A DNA stretch of 64,000 nucleotides from positions 27,468,409-27,532,408 of the forward strand of contig NC_069001.1 of the NCBI RefSeq assembly GCF_001194135.2. The letters are read 5' to 3'. The DNA is from Octopus bimaculoides (taxonomy: Eukaryota). Below the pieces are notes generated by a model. That model was given only the letters and a program-made list of their open reading frames with translations. It did not search any database and was not told the origin of the DNA. Below, piece by piece: positions 1-10,722 of this stretch (positions are counted from its first letter, which is position 1; each line of letters opens with the position of its first letter). A program made the position numbers and the translations under genes.

Positions 1-693
1 CATATAAATGTGTGTAAATATATAGATACGAATATATACATGAGTGCATATAAATGCATCTATCTATATGTGTATATGTATTTATTTATCTGTATATGTA
101 TATAAAAGTATATATATATATATATATATACATACATATATATATATATATATATATCCGTAAACGTAGATTGGTTTTGGTTATGGGTTTTTTTCTTTGT
201 CACACTTTTAAAATTATTTTTCGATTTTGTAATATCGTTAATAATGGTAGATGTCTAGCTTCCTTAATCTTGGGCCGGTGTAATCTCAATTGCTTTGCCC
301 TGAAAAAAGAGAGAGGGGATATCTCAGCTCCCGGCTTGTACCCTTGATTGGAGTATGGCAACATGCAATGAAGTGCTTTACAGACAGATGCAATTGCTTA
401 TCCATCCATTAATTGAACTGGGAACATTTGCTAAACAACCGAACATTCTGAGTGGTGGACTATACAAACTATGGCAGCCAAGTAGCATCAAAATTATGAA
501 ATGAAATTTAAATTCGAAATAGTGGTGAAAGCATGTGAAGAAATTTCAAACGAAATTCATCCCAAAATATATGAAAAGGACTGATGTTTTACGTAATATC
601 AACAACAAATAATTTTGTGTTTTAACAATTTACTAGAAAAGTTAATTAAAATCGTAGAAAAACAGATGTTCTATAAATATGCCTCCTTGTGTA

Positions 694-727
<34 letters not shown>

Positions 728-977
728 CATATATATATGTATGTATGTATTTATGTATATACATTTATGCATGCAAAATAAATTCATAACAGGAGGGAGT
801 CAGATTTCATCATAATTATATCGCGTAATAAATCATCCTTACTTCAACGGTTTCCACATACTACCCACTCACACAGCATGTACTGCACATGTCTCAGTAA
901 TGATTAAAATGTAATATATAAATGCGATGGGAAGAAACATAATTAAGCAAATAGCATTTTACACGGGTGTTTTAATA

Positions 978-1295
978 TACCCGGTTGTATCAAAATGTTC
1001 CCGGACTAGTTCTGTAGCGGTCCTATAGTTGGCAGCACACGGTTGCGTGTGTAGTGAGGCATAGCAGTGAACTTCTTGAGAGAGTGTGTTCAGTGACATC
1101 GCAGTGCTTATTTTGGTAGTTGTGAAATTTGTGTTTTTGTGATCATGTGTATGCTGTAGTTTGCGATTATATCATGGACAGGAACAAAGAACCAACGTAA
1201 TATTCTGCTTAAAACTTCGGAAGTCTGATACAGAGACATTAGGCATATTTTGGTAAGCTTACGGTGACGTGGCAATGGGTAGTGCGGAATATTTC
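978..1295 (+). mobile_element. Mariner (DD34D-type) 5' fragment: left TIR and decayed transposase N-terminus
   Basis: TA + TIR tacccggttgtatcaaaatgttcccggactagtt (978-1011). ATG at 1174 gives MDRNKE; after a frameshift it reads FCLKLRKSDTETLGIFW*AYGDVAM, matching the mariner N-terminal HTH pattern FCFKLGKSATET...AYGD. Confidence 0.8.
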
Positions 1296-1330
1296 GGAAA
1301 CTACATGGACCCGGGTTAATTCTCATTTTG

Positions 1331-1450
1331 AGACCCAGAATAAGTACTAGGCTTCCAAAGAATAAGACCTGGGATCAATTTGCTCGACTAAAGGCGGTGC
1401 TCCAGCAAGGCCGCAGTCAAATGACTGTAAAAGAGAGTAAAAGAGAGTTA
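1331..1450 (+). mobile_element. SINE family D, 3' part only
   Basis: agaataagtactaggcttccaaagaataag...ctaaaggcggtgctccagc...gtcaaatgactg matches the 3' half of the copy at 62912-63310. Confidence 0.85.
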
Positions 1451-1583
1451 TGCGTACAATAATAGACTCTAGTGAACTCAACTTTTAAACTAAAGGTTAG
1501 CGCATGCTCAAAATTAAGCAATCGAAATCGTTAACGCTTACAAAGTTAATCAAACTAGAAGCAATACTTTAAAGCAAATATAA

Positions 1584-1644
1584 AATTAATTAGATGCATA
1601 ATAGAATTAATTAGATGCGTATAGAATTGATTAGATGCATAATA
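1584..1644. repeat. Three-copy 20-21 bp minisatellite
   Basis: aattaattagatgcataatag / aattaattagatgcgtatag / aattgattagatgcataata. Confidence 0.85.
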
Positions 1645-2044
1645 TTTTTGTAGACTACAAAGAATATACGTGAATCGCTACTAACTTAACAGAAGAGTGG
1701 TGTTACTTTGACTTAGTTTTAATCAAACAAGAATACCGTAACAATGATGAATTTTGTGTGCTGAAACAATAAAATCCTTTGTTAAACCCCAATTTTTATT
1801 ATTCATATCAAGGCCGAGGTTTAGGCTAACTAAACAATTATATATCAAATTTCAAGTTCTGAAAATAAATATATACATATAGAAAATAAAATATTATGCC
1901 AAGAAGTTTAACGTAATGTGTTAGCAGCGGAGGCTTTGTATGGAAGTCATAGAGTCCACCTGTTCGGTGTCAGAGATTGTATTTAATATAAATAGCTTTA
2001 AGGAAAAAATAACTTTATGAATAACATAGCAGTAGCTGTTTCTT

Positions 2045-2078
<34 letters not shown>

Positions 2079-2159
2079 AAGATCATACAATTTTTTATAA
2101 TACATACATATATACACTCAAATATACATAGATGTATGCATACACGTCTGATACATATA

Positions 2160-2299
2160 TACACAAACACACGCACTCATAAAACACACTCACACACACA
2201 CACACACACACATATGTATATTGCATACTATGTATGTATATATATATATACGTATATATGCATTAAGAGGGAAACATATGTCAACTTCCACAACTTATA

Positions 2300-2337
<38 letters not shown>

Positions 2338-2391
2338 AGAGGAAGAGGGAGAGTGAGAGTCCTACATAAACACACACACACACACACGCAC

Positions 2392-2469
<78 letters not shown>

Positions 2470-2470
2470 G
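2160..2470. repeat. Compound (CA)n/(TA)n/(GA)n microsatellite
   Basis: Direct reading; explains the low-complexity ORFs in the track. Confidence 0.95.
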
Positions 2471-2801
2471 TATGCATGAAGATTGCAACGGGGAAAATAT
2501 TTAGCATCCATACAGAAACACAATAACTATTAACTTCACCACTTTACCATCTCTTCTTTGTTATGAGGTGTCAAAGTTTTCGTCGTTTGAATTGCGACAA
2601 GATCGTATGACGAGATTATATAAGAAACAAGAAATGTTTAAAATAGTGTAAGCTAAGAATCTTTGTGTTTTTCTAAATAAATGGCTATTACATCTCTTCC
2701 ATGATGCAATCATTTTGTCTCAACATATTTTCCCATATCGTATCACATCGTTATCATCTACACCTCTCAATCATTCTTATGTATAAATAAATGTAAGTAT
2801 A

Positions 2802-3290
2802 TACGAGGTATGATTAATAAGTATCCGGAATGTTGCTATAGTAACAGAGCTAAAGCACACAGAGTAAAGCCACTTGGCACATATTGACCTTGAGTTCTGA
2901 TGGACATGTGCACTAAGTATAAATGTATCTAGCTCACTTCGGCTATGATTGGAAGTAACGCGTGTAACGTGTGGTCGTCGAAATGACCACGACAGCGGAA
3001 GTTGTGGTGATACTTGTCCAGAAGCCTACGCAAAGTTGCAGAAAGTGTATGGAGAGGAGTGTATGAGCTGGACACAAGCGTACGAACGGTTCAGACGTTT
3101 CCAAGATGGCTGAAAGAATGCTGAATTTGACGTACTTTCAGGGAGACCCGCAACCAGTAGAGATGAGAAAAACTTCACAGATATGCGTGAAGCTGTGAGG
3201 GGAAACCGCCGAATCACCAGCTGTGAGTTACCAGAATATGTGTAGATTAGTTACGGTTCAGTGCAGTCTATTATCACTAGACATTGTTGT
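2802..3290 (+). mobile_element. Mariner 5' fragment (second subfamily) with transposase N-terminal pseudogene
   Basis: TA + TIR tacgaggtatgattaataagtatccgg. Translation GDTCPEAYAKLQKVYGEECMSWTQAYERFRRFQDG*KNAEFDVLSGRPATSRDE...VRGNRRIT...SYGSVQSII is the mariner paired-HTH region with stops. Confidence 0.85.
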
Positions 3291-4799
3291 TACATCTCGA
3301 TCTTGTTTATAACGAGGCTCATGCGCATCAGAAGCGTTATATCACGTGTAATTTCAAACATTATTGTAGGTTTGACGTATTATAGAAAGAAAATGTATAT
3401 TGATAATATAGTGTTACTACAGTTTACGTTGGATGTAGTATCATTATATTAAAGTCTTTTTTGGCAAGAATATTTTTTTAAAGCTTTTTTAGCAACAATA
3501 CATGTCGAGCTTCCGTTTGTAATATTCCAGAATATCCTATATGAATAAAAACCCGCCAATATGCTTTTTAAAGGTATATTTTCATCCCTTAGTTACAGGC
3601 GGAAGGGTATTGTCAGTGACACATCTTGTGTTAGGAATTCTCAGGCAGTTGGGAGGAAACGAAATTTTTTCCTACACTCGAAGACCTAGCCCGATAATTA
3701 TTACGAACAAAGATTGTCATTAAAGGATCCTAATAATTTAGGGATTTAAATCCAATGAAAGAATTTAAAACACAAAAATCACAACGAATTCCTCAAGTAT
3801 CTCATATAATGCTTTAGCTTCTCCGTGCATTCATCGCACTGGGCTGGTAATTAAATCTATCAACCACGAACAGATGAAACGTAACGTTAACCGTAGTGGT
3901 TAACTTTGCCTTTCAGAGAGCAGACGGTTAATGGAAAGAACACAAAATATAACCTCCTTCGCACTAACGTTTCCGACAATTTACCGCTGTAAGTCGACGA
4001 TGTTGTTTTCTTCCTATTTTAAATGTCTTTTAGTAGTTAATTTTGTTAAATCAGTGCTAAAAGAACTGCTTTCAATAATATTCAATATCAACTTGAAAGA
4101 CTATTCCATCTAATCATCCAATAAATTTGTTGGTTTTAATAAGCTGACGCTAATGTTGTAACGAGCGCCTAAAAATTAGAGCACGCTAAGCAAACGCGCT
4201 TTCCACTAACCTCTCAGAATTTAAGAAACTAACTTCATTAATATACTATTTCGGTGCACAGCTGTAATTATAAAGTTAAGAATATATTGGATGGAAGAAG
4301 CTTGAGACTGGTTGCCTTGGGTATGTACACCTTAGCTTTACGTGCAATAGTGATAGAAAGTTCTATAGATTTTGAAGTGATGCCATTGATAATAGCTTTG
4401 CTACATCAGGTTGTCAATATTGATTGATTTTTACGCATACAGAGAGGCACACTGATACACACGCACATGCACACACACGCACACAATCATATATTCACGC
4501 GTGCGCACACACAAACACGTATACATTTATTTATATATAAACCTGTGTCCTATTCGTAACCTATAGAATTAGAATTTTCGGCGCACCAGATTTGCAATAA
4601 ACCTCATACCCTATTCGGTTAGTTGGGTGGAGGTAGCCATTTGTATTGAAAGAGCCTCCACTAGAACCAGGGTTACTTTGAAGCTTTTATCGGGAATTTT
4701 GTGACAAACACATTCAAAAGTAATTAACGGATATTGTGATTAACAGCGCGAATGTGCTGACAGTAGTTTTTCATTCCATCATGTATGGATGAAGCAAGG

Positions 4800-5310
4800 A
4801 ACATTGCAATGTTCCGTGTGGCACAGACGTTTCGGAAGAGGAAGATCCTCCTTGGTAAACCAGGAGCGATCTGGATGTGATGCCACGAGCATGTGTTATT
4901 GTGTACGTCTGGGGGAGGACATTCAGTGAAAGCTACCGGATCTGTGGAGCGGGGCGAATTGGTTTCTTCACGGAGCTCTCCGCACTCATGAGTTTCTCGA
5001 CAAAAAAAACAACATGATATCGCCATATGTAGCACCTCTGGACTTCCATCGGTTCCCCGAGATGAAAATGCAGCTCAAATTTCGCCGTTTCAACACTGTT
5101 GACGTGGCCCAGAGCATATCGCAGAATGTGGTCGACTCGCTTACGGAAAACGGCTTCCAGGCCAGATTCCAATAGTGACAGGAACGTAAGGATCGGTTTA
5201 TTGCTGTGCAAGGTGACTATTTCGAAGGAGATGATGTTAAAACTTAGGTAAATACATTATTTTTTTTATCAAACATAACTAGTCCAGGAGCCTTTTGATA
5301 CGACCTCATA
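4800..5310 (+). mobile_element. Mariner internally deleted 3' fragment with right TIR
   Basis: Starts with an HTH remnant (VWHRRFGRGRSSL). Ends DFHRFPEMKMQLKFRRFNTVD...LTENGFQARFQ**QERKDRFIAVQGDYFEGD, a mariner C-terminus. Right TIR 5277-5310 ends in TA. Confidence 0.85.
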
Positions 5311-5590
5311 TCAGGAATTTTGTGACAAATACATTGAATAGTAATCAACAGCTACTGTGTCAAAAGCACGATAGTGCTGAAAGTACTTTTGCGTTCTGTC
5401 AAACATGGATCAACTAATGAACGTTTGGGGTTGTTTCTAGATAGAATAATAATATGGGAAAACAAAACATGACAGTAGCACTGCAGGACAATTAATCTGT
5501 CTCTCTCTCTCTCTCTCTTCCCATTGCCTTTATGAAAATACTAGTCTAACAACGTCGATAATTCAGTTCAACCAGTGCCATTTGGCTGTT

Positions 5591-5811
5591 AAATAATCCT
5601 TCCTACTTTAGACAGAAGATTTGAAATTTTGAGGTAGGGAGAAAAGTCGATGGCATCCACCCCAGTATTCAACTGGTACTAATTGTATCAACCTCAAAAG
5701 GATGAAAGGCAACGTAGATCCAGGCATAATTCGAACTCAGAACATAAAGACGGACCAAAATACCGTTAATCATTGTCGGACGTACTAACGACTCTGTCAT
5801 CTCACCGCCTT
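5591..5811 (-). mobile_element. SINE family A
   Basis: Reverse complement of ggcggtgag...gttagtacg...ttctgagttcgaatt...tttcatcc...taccagttg...ggggt, compared with the plus copy at 35447. Confidence 0.85.
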
Positions 5812-5828
5812 ATGTCTATTAAGTAATA

Positions 5829-6027
5829 GAAGAGTGCTGCAGTTCGCTTGAAGCATTGTGTATTGTTTGTAAAGAATAAAAAGTTTTGAATGGTACAACA
5901 ATGCACTATAATACAAAAAATGGACTATATACCTGTTGTAATTTAGTTATCTATAGTCCGATGATATTTCGGAATACAATTCCTTCTTCAGATATTCTTA
6001 GATGGAGTCTCTGCTATAAGTAATTAT
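5829..6027 (-). mobile_element. Short hammerhead-bearing retro-insert (PLE pseudo-LTR / retrozyme-like), copy A
   Basis: About 152 bp (5868-6019) matches the reverse complement of 16619-16770 with 2 differences. Flanked by a 12-bp direct repeat tattaagtaata (5817-5828, 6028-6039). Confidence 0.7.
5963..5991 (-). ncRNA. Minimal type I hammerhead ribozyme core
   Basis: Minus strand reads CUGAAGA-A-GGAAU-UGU-AUUCC-GAA-AUAU-C: core, 5-bp stem II, GAAA, palindromic stem III and an AUC triplet. Stem I is weak. Confidence 0.6.
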
Positions 6028-6069
6028 TATTAAGTAATATCTCAACATCATTTCACTGACAAATGAATA

Positions 6070-6243
6070 TAAATTTGAGAGTAGGGGGAACAGTCATTCC
6101 TATATACCCCCATGTTTTAATACTACTCATTTTATAACTTAAAAAGTATGAGGTAATTATGGCCTCGACATTTGAATTTAGGATGTGAAATAGCGGGTAA
6201 ATGCCGCAATGCATTTTGTTCGACGCTCTAACGATTCTATCAT
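6070..6243 (-). mobile_element. Degenerate SINE family A
   Basis: ...aaatgccgcaatgcattttgttcgacgctctaacgattct is a decayed reverse complement of the family A head. Confidence 0.6.
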
Positions 6244-8984
6244 GAAGACGTAGTATCAGATTTTCGAGTTATTGATTCTTTTACAAAGTATGACATTTCA
6301 TATTGATAAATGTTGAAATTTTTGTGATTATATTTGATTCAATAATTTTGTATCTTTCCTAAAAATAGATTTCAATTTAATTACGTAATTTACTACAGAT
6401 CGTATTAATTCATTTTATACAAGCTGACACATTTTACTTTTCTCTAAAGCAATTTTTGATTTATAATCTCCAGAGAGAACGTTCAGCTCTGAATCAATAT
6501 ATATAATCATCATTATATTGCATGGCTATTACATTAATTTATTTTTCTCTTACAGTTGTTCCAAAATTTTACACTGCCAGACATCTTCATTCGCTGGAAA
6601 TCTAAGTTATTTCCAAAGCTGGCGCTAGCACCACTCCTGTATGCTTTGTCATTATTTGCATTAGAAGAACTATGCCTCGTGGTGCAATATATAATTGAAT
6701 GTATTTCTATCACTTCAAATTTAGAATATTGTATGTTAATGCATTTTGTGTTGTTATGTTATCCCTGTGGTTGTGTTCTAAATCCAAGTAAATAATTACC
6801 GGAATGCATTTAGAAATAACCACTGTAGATATAAATGTTGACAGCATACGTTTATATTTTGTTGGTGGTATATAGATTCACATAATAAAATCAATTAAAA
6901 TAAGCTTAATAGAAGGCGTGGAAATGTTGCCAAGGGAGATATTGTTTCGAGGTTAAGGAGAGCACTACAAATTTTAAAGTTTCACGCAGGTGATGTGTTG
7001 ACAACTCCAGCGTCGCAAATTTCCATGTCACTATTGAAATTCCTAACGTAGGTTTAAACAAGAATCGTGGAGTGAATAGACATGGCTGTTTTAAACATTA
7101 ATGAAACATGTAACATTGCTTTACACCGATTGATTGCCATAAAATCAATCACGAAATAGCTCCAATGTCTTACAGACATTATCTCTTTTGTCTCTGTCTT
7201 TATAGTTGGTTCTATAGTAGTTTCCGATCCTTGGAACTCGCTGTGTTCAAGTGATATCCATTCTTAATATCTGCTCGTCTTGCGTCTCCCACAACCATCA
7301 TTATTGTTTTAACCAATCATCTATGCCCTGAATTAACCACTTCGCGCAGTCTTTATTTCTCAAAGCATCACACCTCTGGAATTAAATCACCAATAGTAAT
7401 GCCAATCAACGAATATTAATTACAAGCAGTGACTCGTAATATTCACTTCCATATATGCATTCTTAATTTATTGAATGTACATAAATAAACTCAGCGAGGC
7501 GGGTGAATATAATATTTGGTAACTCAGACAAACCTTTGTGTGATTATTTTGAAAACACACGGCCTAACTAACTCTGCAAACAGTTAAGATAGAATGTAGT
7601 ACCGGGACCGCACTAAAACCAGCAATATATTCGTTGTCTCTCCGCAGGTATATACGATGTTCGACGAAAGCCATGTAAAATATTCATTCATCATGTTTTA
7701 TCTATAGACCTTTTTGATTACTATTTTATTCTGGTGAATCCCCATAGCTATTCGACGTTTAAAAACTAGTTCCATAAATACTTTTTCCAAAATTCCTATT
7801 TTGTTTTTCATATATTCACTTGTGTAGGTTAAACTATGCAGAATGTTCGAGAAAAAACAACAACCTATCTGTTTCGTGCAATAATACGAATGCATACATC
7901 TAAGGGAATATATTTTCAGGGCCTCGTTAAATATTATTTTGTATCCCTAATTTGCTATGTTTTTTTGCATGAACCTGCTAAAATTTTGCATGAATCCCGG
8001 CTAAGAACCAATGAAAAAAAAAAAAAAACAATACCGAAAACAGGTTCCATTTACATTCAGACAGATCCTTTACTTTTTACTCGCATTAATTTGCCAAACT
8101 AGCGAGAGTTAATCTCAGGCTGTCTGATAATTTTACTTTTTAATAAATAAGGCAGGATATATTTCTCGTTCACTTATCATAAAAAATCGAAGTACATCAA
8201 ATATTTCAAATACTAGTTACAACTCTCATGTTTAGAAATTCCAGTTATCTTGATCAGTTAATAGTTAATAAAAAGACTTGCAGAATATATGAGACCTGTT
8301 GCAGACTATAAGTTTTCTTGACAATTCTCTAGAGGAGTGACCTGCAAATCAATAAAGATTATTTATGGCAGACTACCAGTAATAGTTTGTCAAATATTCA
8401 GCAAATTCATGAGTGAGCTTGTTACGTGTGTGTATGTATGTGTGTGCATGTGTGTGTGTGCGTGTGTGTGTGTCTGTATGTGTGGCACATGCTTATAGTA
8501 GCAATTAACTTTTTGGTTGAACCCGAAAATCTACACTCAAGAGTATGGATAAAATGATTGACGTTTCATGTGAATGGCTAACACCTATCGACTGGCATGT
8601 ACCACATTATCTATATAAAATTTTACTGTTGTGGGAAAATAAAGGTGTCAGCACATGCATGCTCCTCGGGCGGACATGAAATACATCTGTTGTAGATGTA
8701 TCAAATTTAATGAAAAGTTGTGGAACACGAAACAGGTTTCTAACATTCGAGTCTCATGATACTAGCGTTTTCTACTTCAGTCATATTAATAATAATTACT
8801 TTTGATTAAAGTTCAATGCTAGTAATTGAGCAGGAATCCATTTTATCGACTTCAAAAGGATGAAAACTAAGTTTGGTCTCAAAGTGGTTTGAACTCTGAA
8901 CGCAACGAAATGTAATTAATTCTCAAAATATTTCTTTTGCTGCTCTACCATTTCCTTACGGTTACATAGTAGTTTTTCCTTTCC

Positions 8985-9645
8985 CAGCTCAAATAGGTGA
9001 GCCCCCTCCTATGCTCGGGTCAAGGCATAGAACGCAACCCCCAATATCAGTAGCAGGGCCCGACAGTATATGCTGGTTTACCCCTGCCGCATCATGCTGG
9101 TTCCATACCCCTTTCAGCAACATCGAATTCACTCCACCGTCCAGAACACAGTCCAAGCTTTCCTATAATTTATAAACTCTCTTGCCTCTCTCACTCCAAC
9201 ACCTTTAACCACCAAAGCTTTCCTCACTCCATCCCTCCACACAAACGGAAATCTGCCTCTGGTTCTGCTGCCTACTACTTCTGCTTTCAACACCCTCCTT
9301 ACCATCCGCTCCTCATCCATCCTCTCCATGTGGCCAAACCACCTCAACATTCGTCTATCCATTTTGGATGTTAGTTTTTTTCTCATTCCTGCTCACCTTC
9401 GTACCTCCTCGTTTCCCATCCTATCCATCCGTGTCACACTAACCATAGCCCTCAAACACATATAGTTACCTCCTTTCCGCCTCTCTCAACCCCACCAAGT
9501 CTCTACAATATATGACATTGTCGGCACAGTCACGCCCTCATACACTCCTGTTTTCGATTTCATACTGAACCCTTTATCTTTCAGCATGCCTTTCACAACT
9601 CCAAGTATCTTACTCCTCTCCATCACTCTATATCCCACTTCCTCG
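8985..9645 (-). mobile_element. RTE-clade LINE 3' fragment (post-RT C-terminal region and 3' UTR), decayed
   Basis: ORF 9129-9386 LRWFGHMERMDEERMVRRVLKAEVVGSRTRGR is the RTE C-terminal signature. Upstream KTGVYEGVTVPTMSYIVETW resembles K..LY...V.P.L.YG.E.W. Contains stops and frameshifts. Confidence 0.9.
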
Positions 9646-9753
9646 CTGGGAAATGAATGGAATACTTGATGTGTGTCTTATTGTCGCTACACCCTCCTAA
9701 CAATGGGAAATAGGCTTGGGTGTTTGTATGTATGTACATTGTAGTTATATTAG

Positions 9754-9957
9754 TTTCAAATTTTGACACAAGACCAGCAATTTCGGTGAAGTCGATTGCA
9801 AAGAGTCCAGTGCTCAACTGGTACTTATTTTATCAAGCTCATAAATGATGAATGGATAAGTCTACCTCCGCATAATTTGAAGTCAGAACGTAAAGATGGA
9901 CAAAATGTCGCAAAGCATTTTGTCCGGCGTACTAGCGATTCCCTCAGATCGCTGCCA
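9754..9957 (-). mobile_element. SINE family A
   Basis: Reverse-complement head (caaagcattttgtccggcgtactagcgattc) and core (ctcaactggtacttattttatc). Confidence 0.85.
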
Positions 9958-9981
9958 TCACATTATAATTATGTTGGACTT

Positions 9982-10189
9982 AAATTTTGGTGCAAGCCCA
10001 GCAATTTCAAGGAAGGGTTAATTCGATTACAACAATCACATTGCTAAAGCAGTATTTATTTTATCAACCTTGGAAAGGATGAATGATAAAGTCTACCTCG
10101 GTGGAATTCGAAGCTAGAACGTAATGGCGGGTGACATGTCACAAAGCATTTTGTCCGGCGTGCTAACGATTGTGCCTGCTCGCCGCCTT
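9982..10189 (-). mobile_element. SINE family A (tandem with previous copy)
   Basis: caaagcattttgtccggcgtgctaacgattgtgcctgctcgccgcc head; 231-bp period. Confidence 0.85.
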
Positions 10190-10559
10190 CACATTATAGT
10201 TATGGTAATTGTTCCTAGTTTAAACTGCGTCTATAATTTAAAGAGAAGGAGATTCCCTACTAATGATTCAAGCAATTGACCGGTACCCTATCGACTACAG
10301 ATGGATAAAGGTTAAAGTATGTCTCAGTAGGATTTGAATTGCAACATTTAAAGGGCCGAAGCAACTAGTGCAGGTCACTCCAGAAATGCTCTAATAAATG
10401 TGGCAATCCACTGCTCTCATTAGAATGTTATGGTTTTTAAATTATTCATGTATATGAGCAATCCTGCATCTCGTAAGAAAGGTTTTTAAAAAACCAAGTT
10501 TTCAGGTTTTCACATTTACTCTCCACACTACTCGCCAACAAAATGCCGGTCTGTCACAG

Positions 10560-10722
10560 AATGTACTTTCCTGCGACTACTGGCATCCATTTACAGCTGA
10601 GTGGACCGGAGCAATATGAAATGAAGTGTTTTTCTCATGAATAGAAATTACTGCGTGGTCAGGTAATGGAAACCGCGATCTCATCTCGAGTGCAAGACCC
10701 TAACCACTGGGTCACGCGCCAT
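10560..10722 (-). mobile_element. SINE family B, decayed
   Basis: cagctgagtggaccggagcaatatgaaatgaagtgtttt...accctaaccactgggtcacgcgcc is the reverse complement of the 14079 copy. Confidence 0.8.

Noticed and set aside
2047-2077. 31-nt poly(T) as the tail of a processed pseudogene on the minus strand
   Set aside because: The adjacent sequence is microsatellite, with no canonical AATAAA, no TSD and no coding remnant.
6535-6700. Good-looking splice acceptor (tttttctcttacag at 6555) with an open frame; similar acceptors near 7648 and 17765
   Set aside because: No convincing donor and no recognisable peptide; such motifs are frequent by chance in T-rich DNA.
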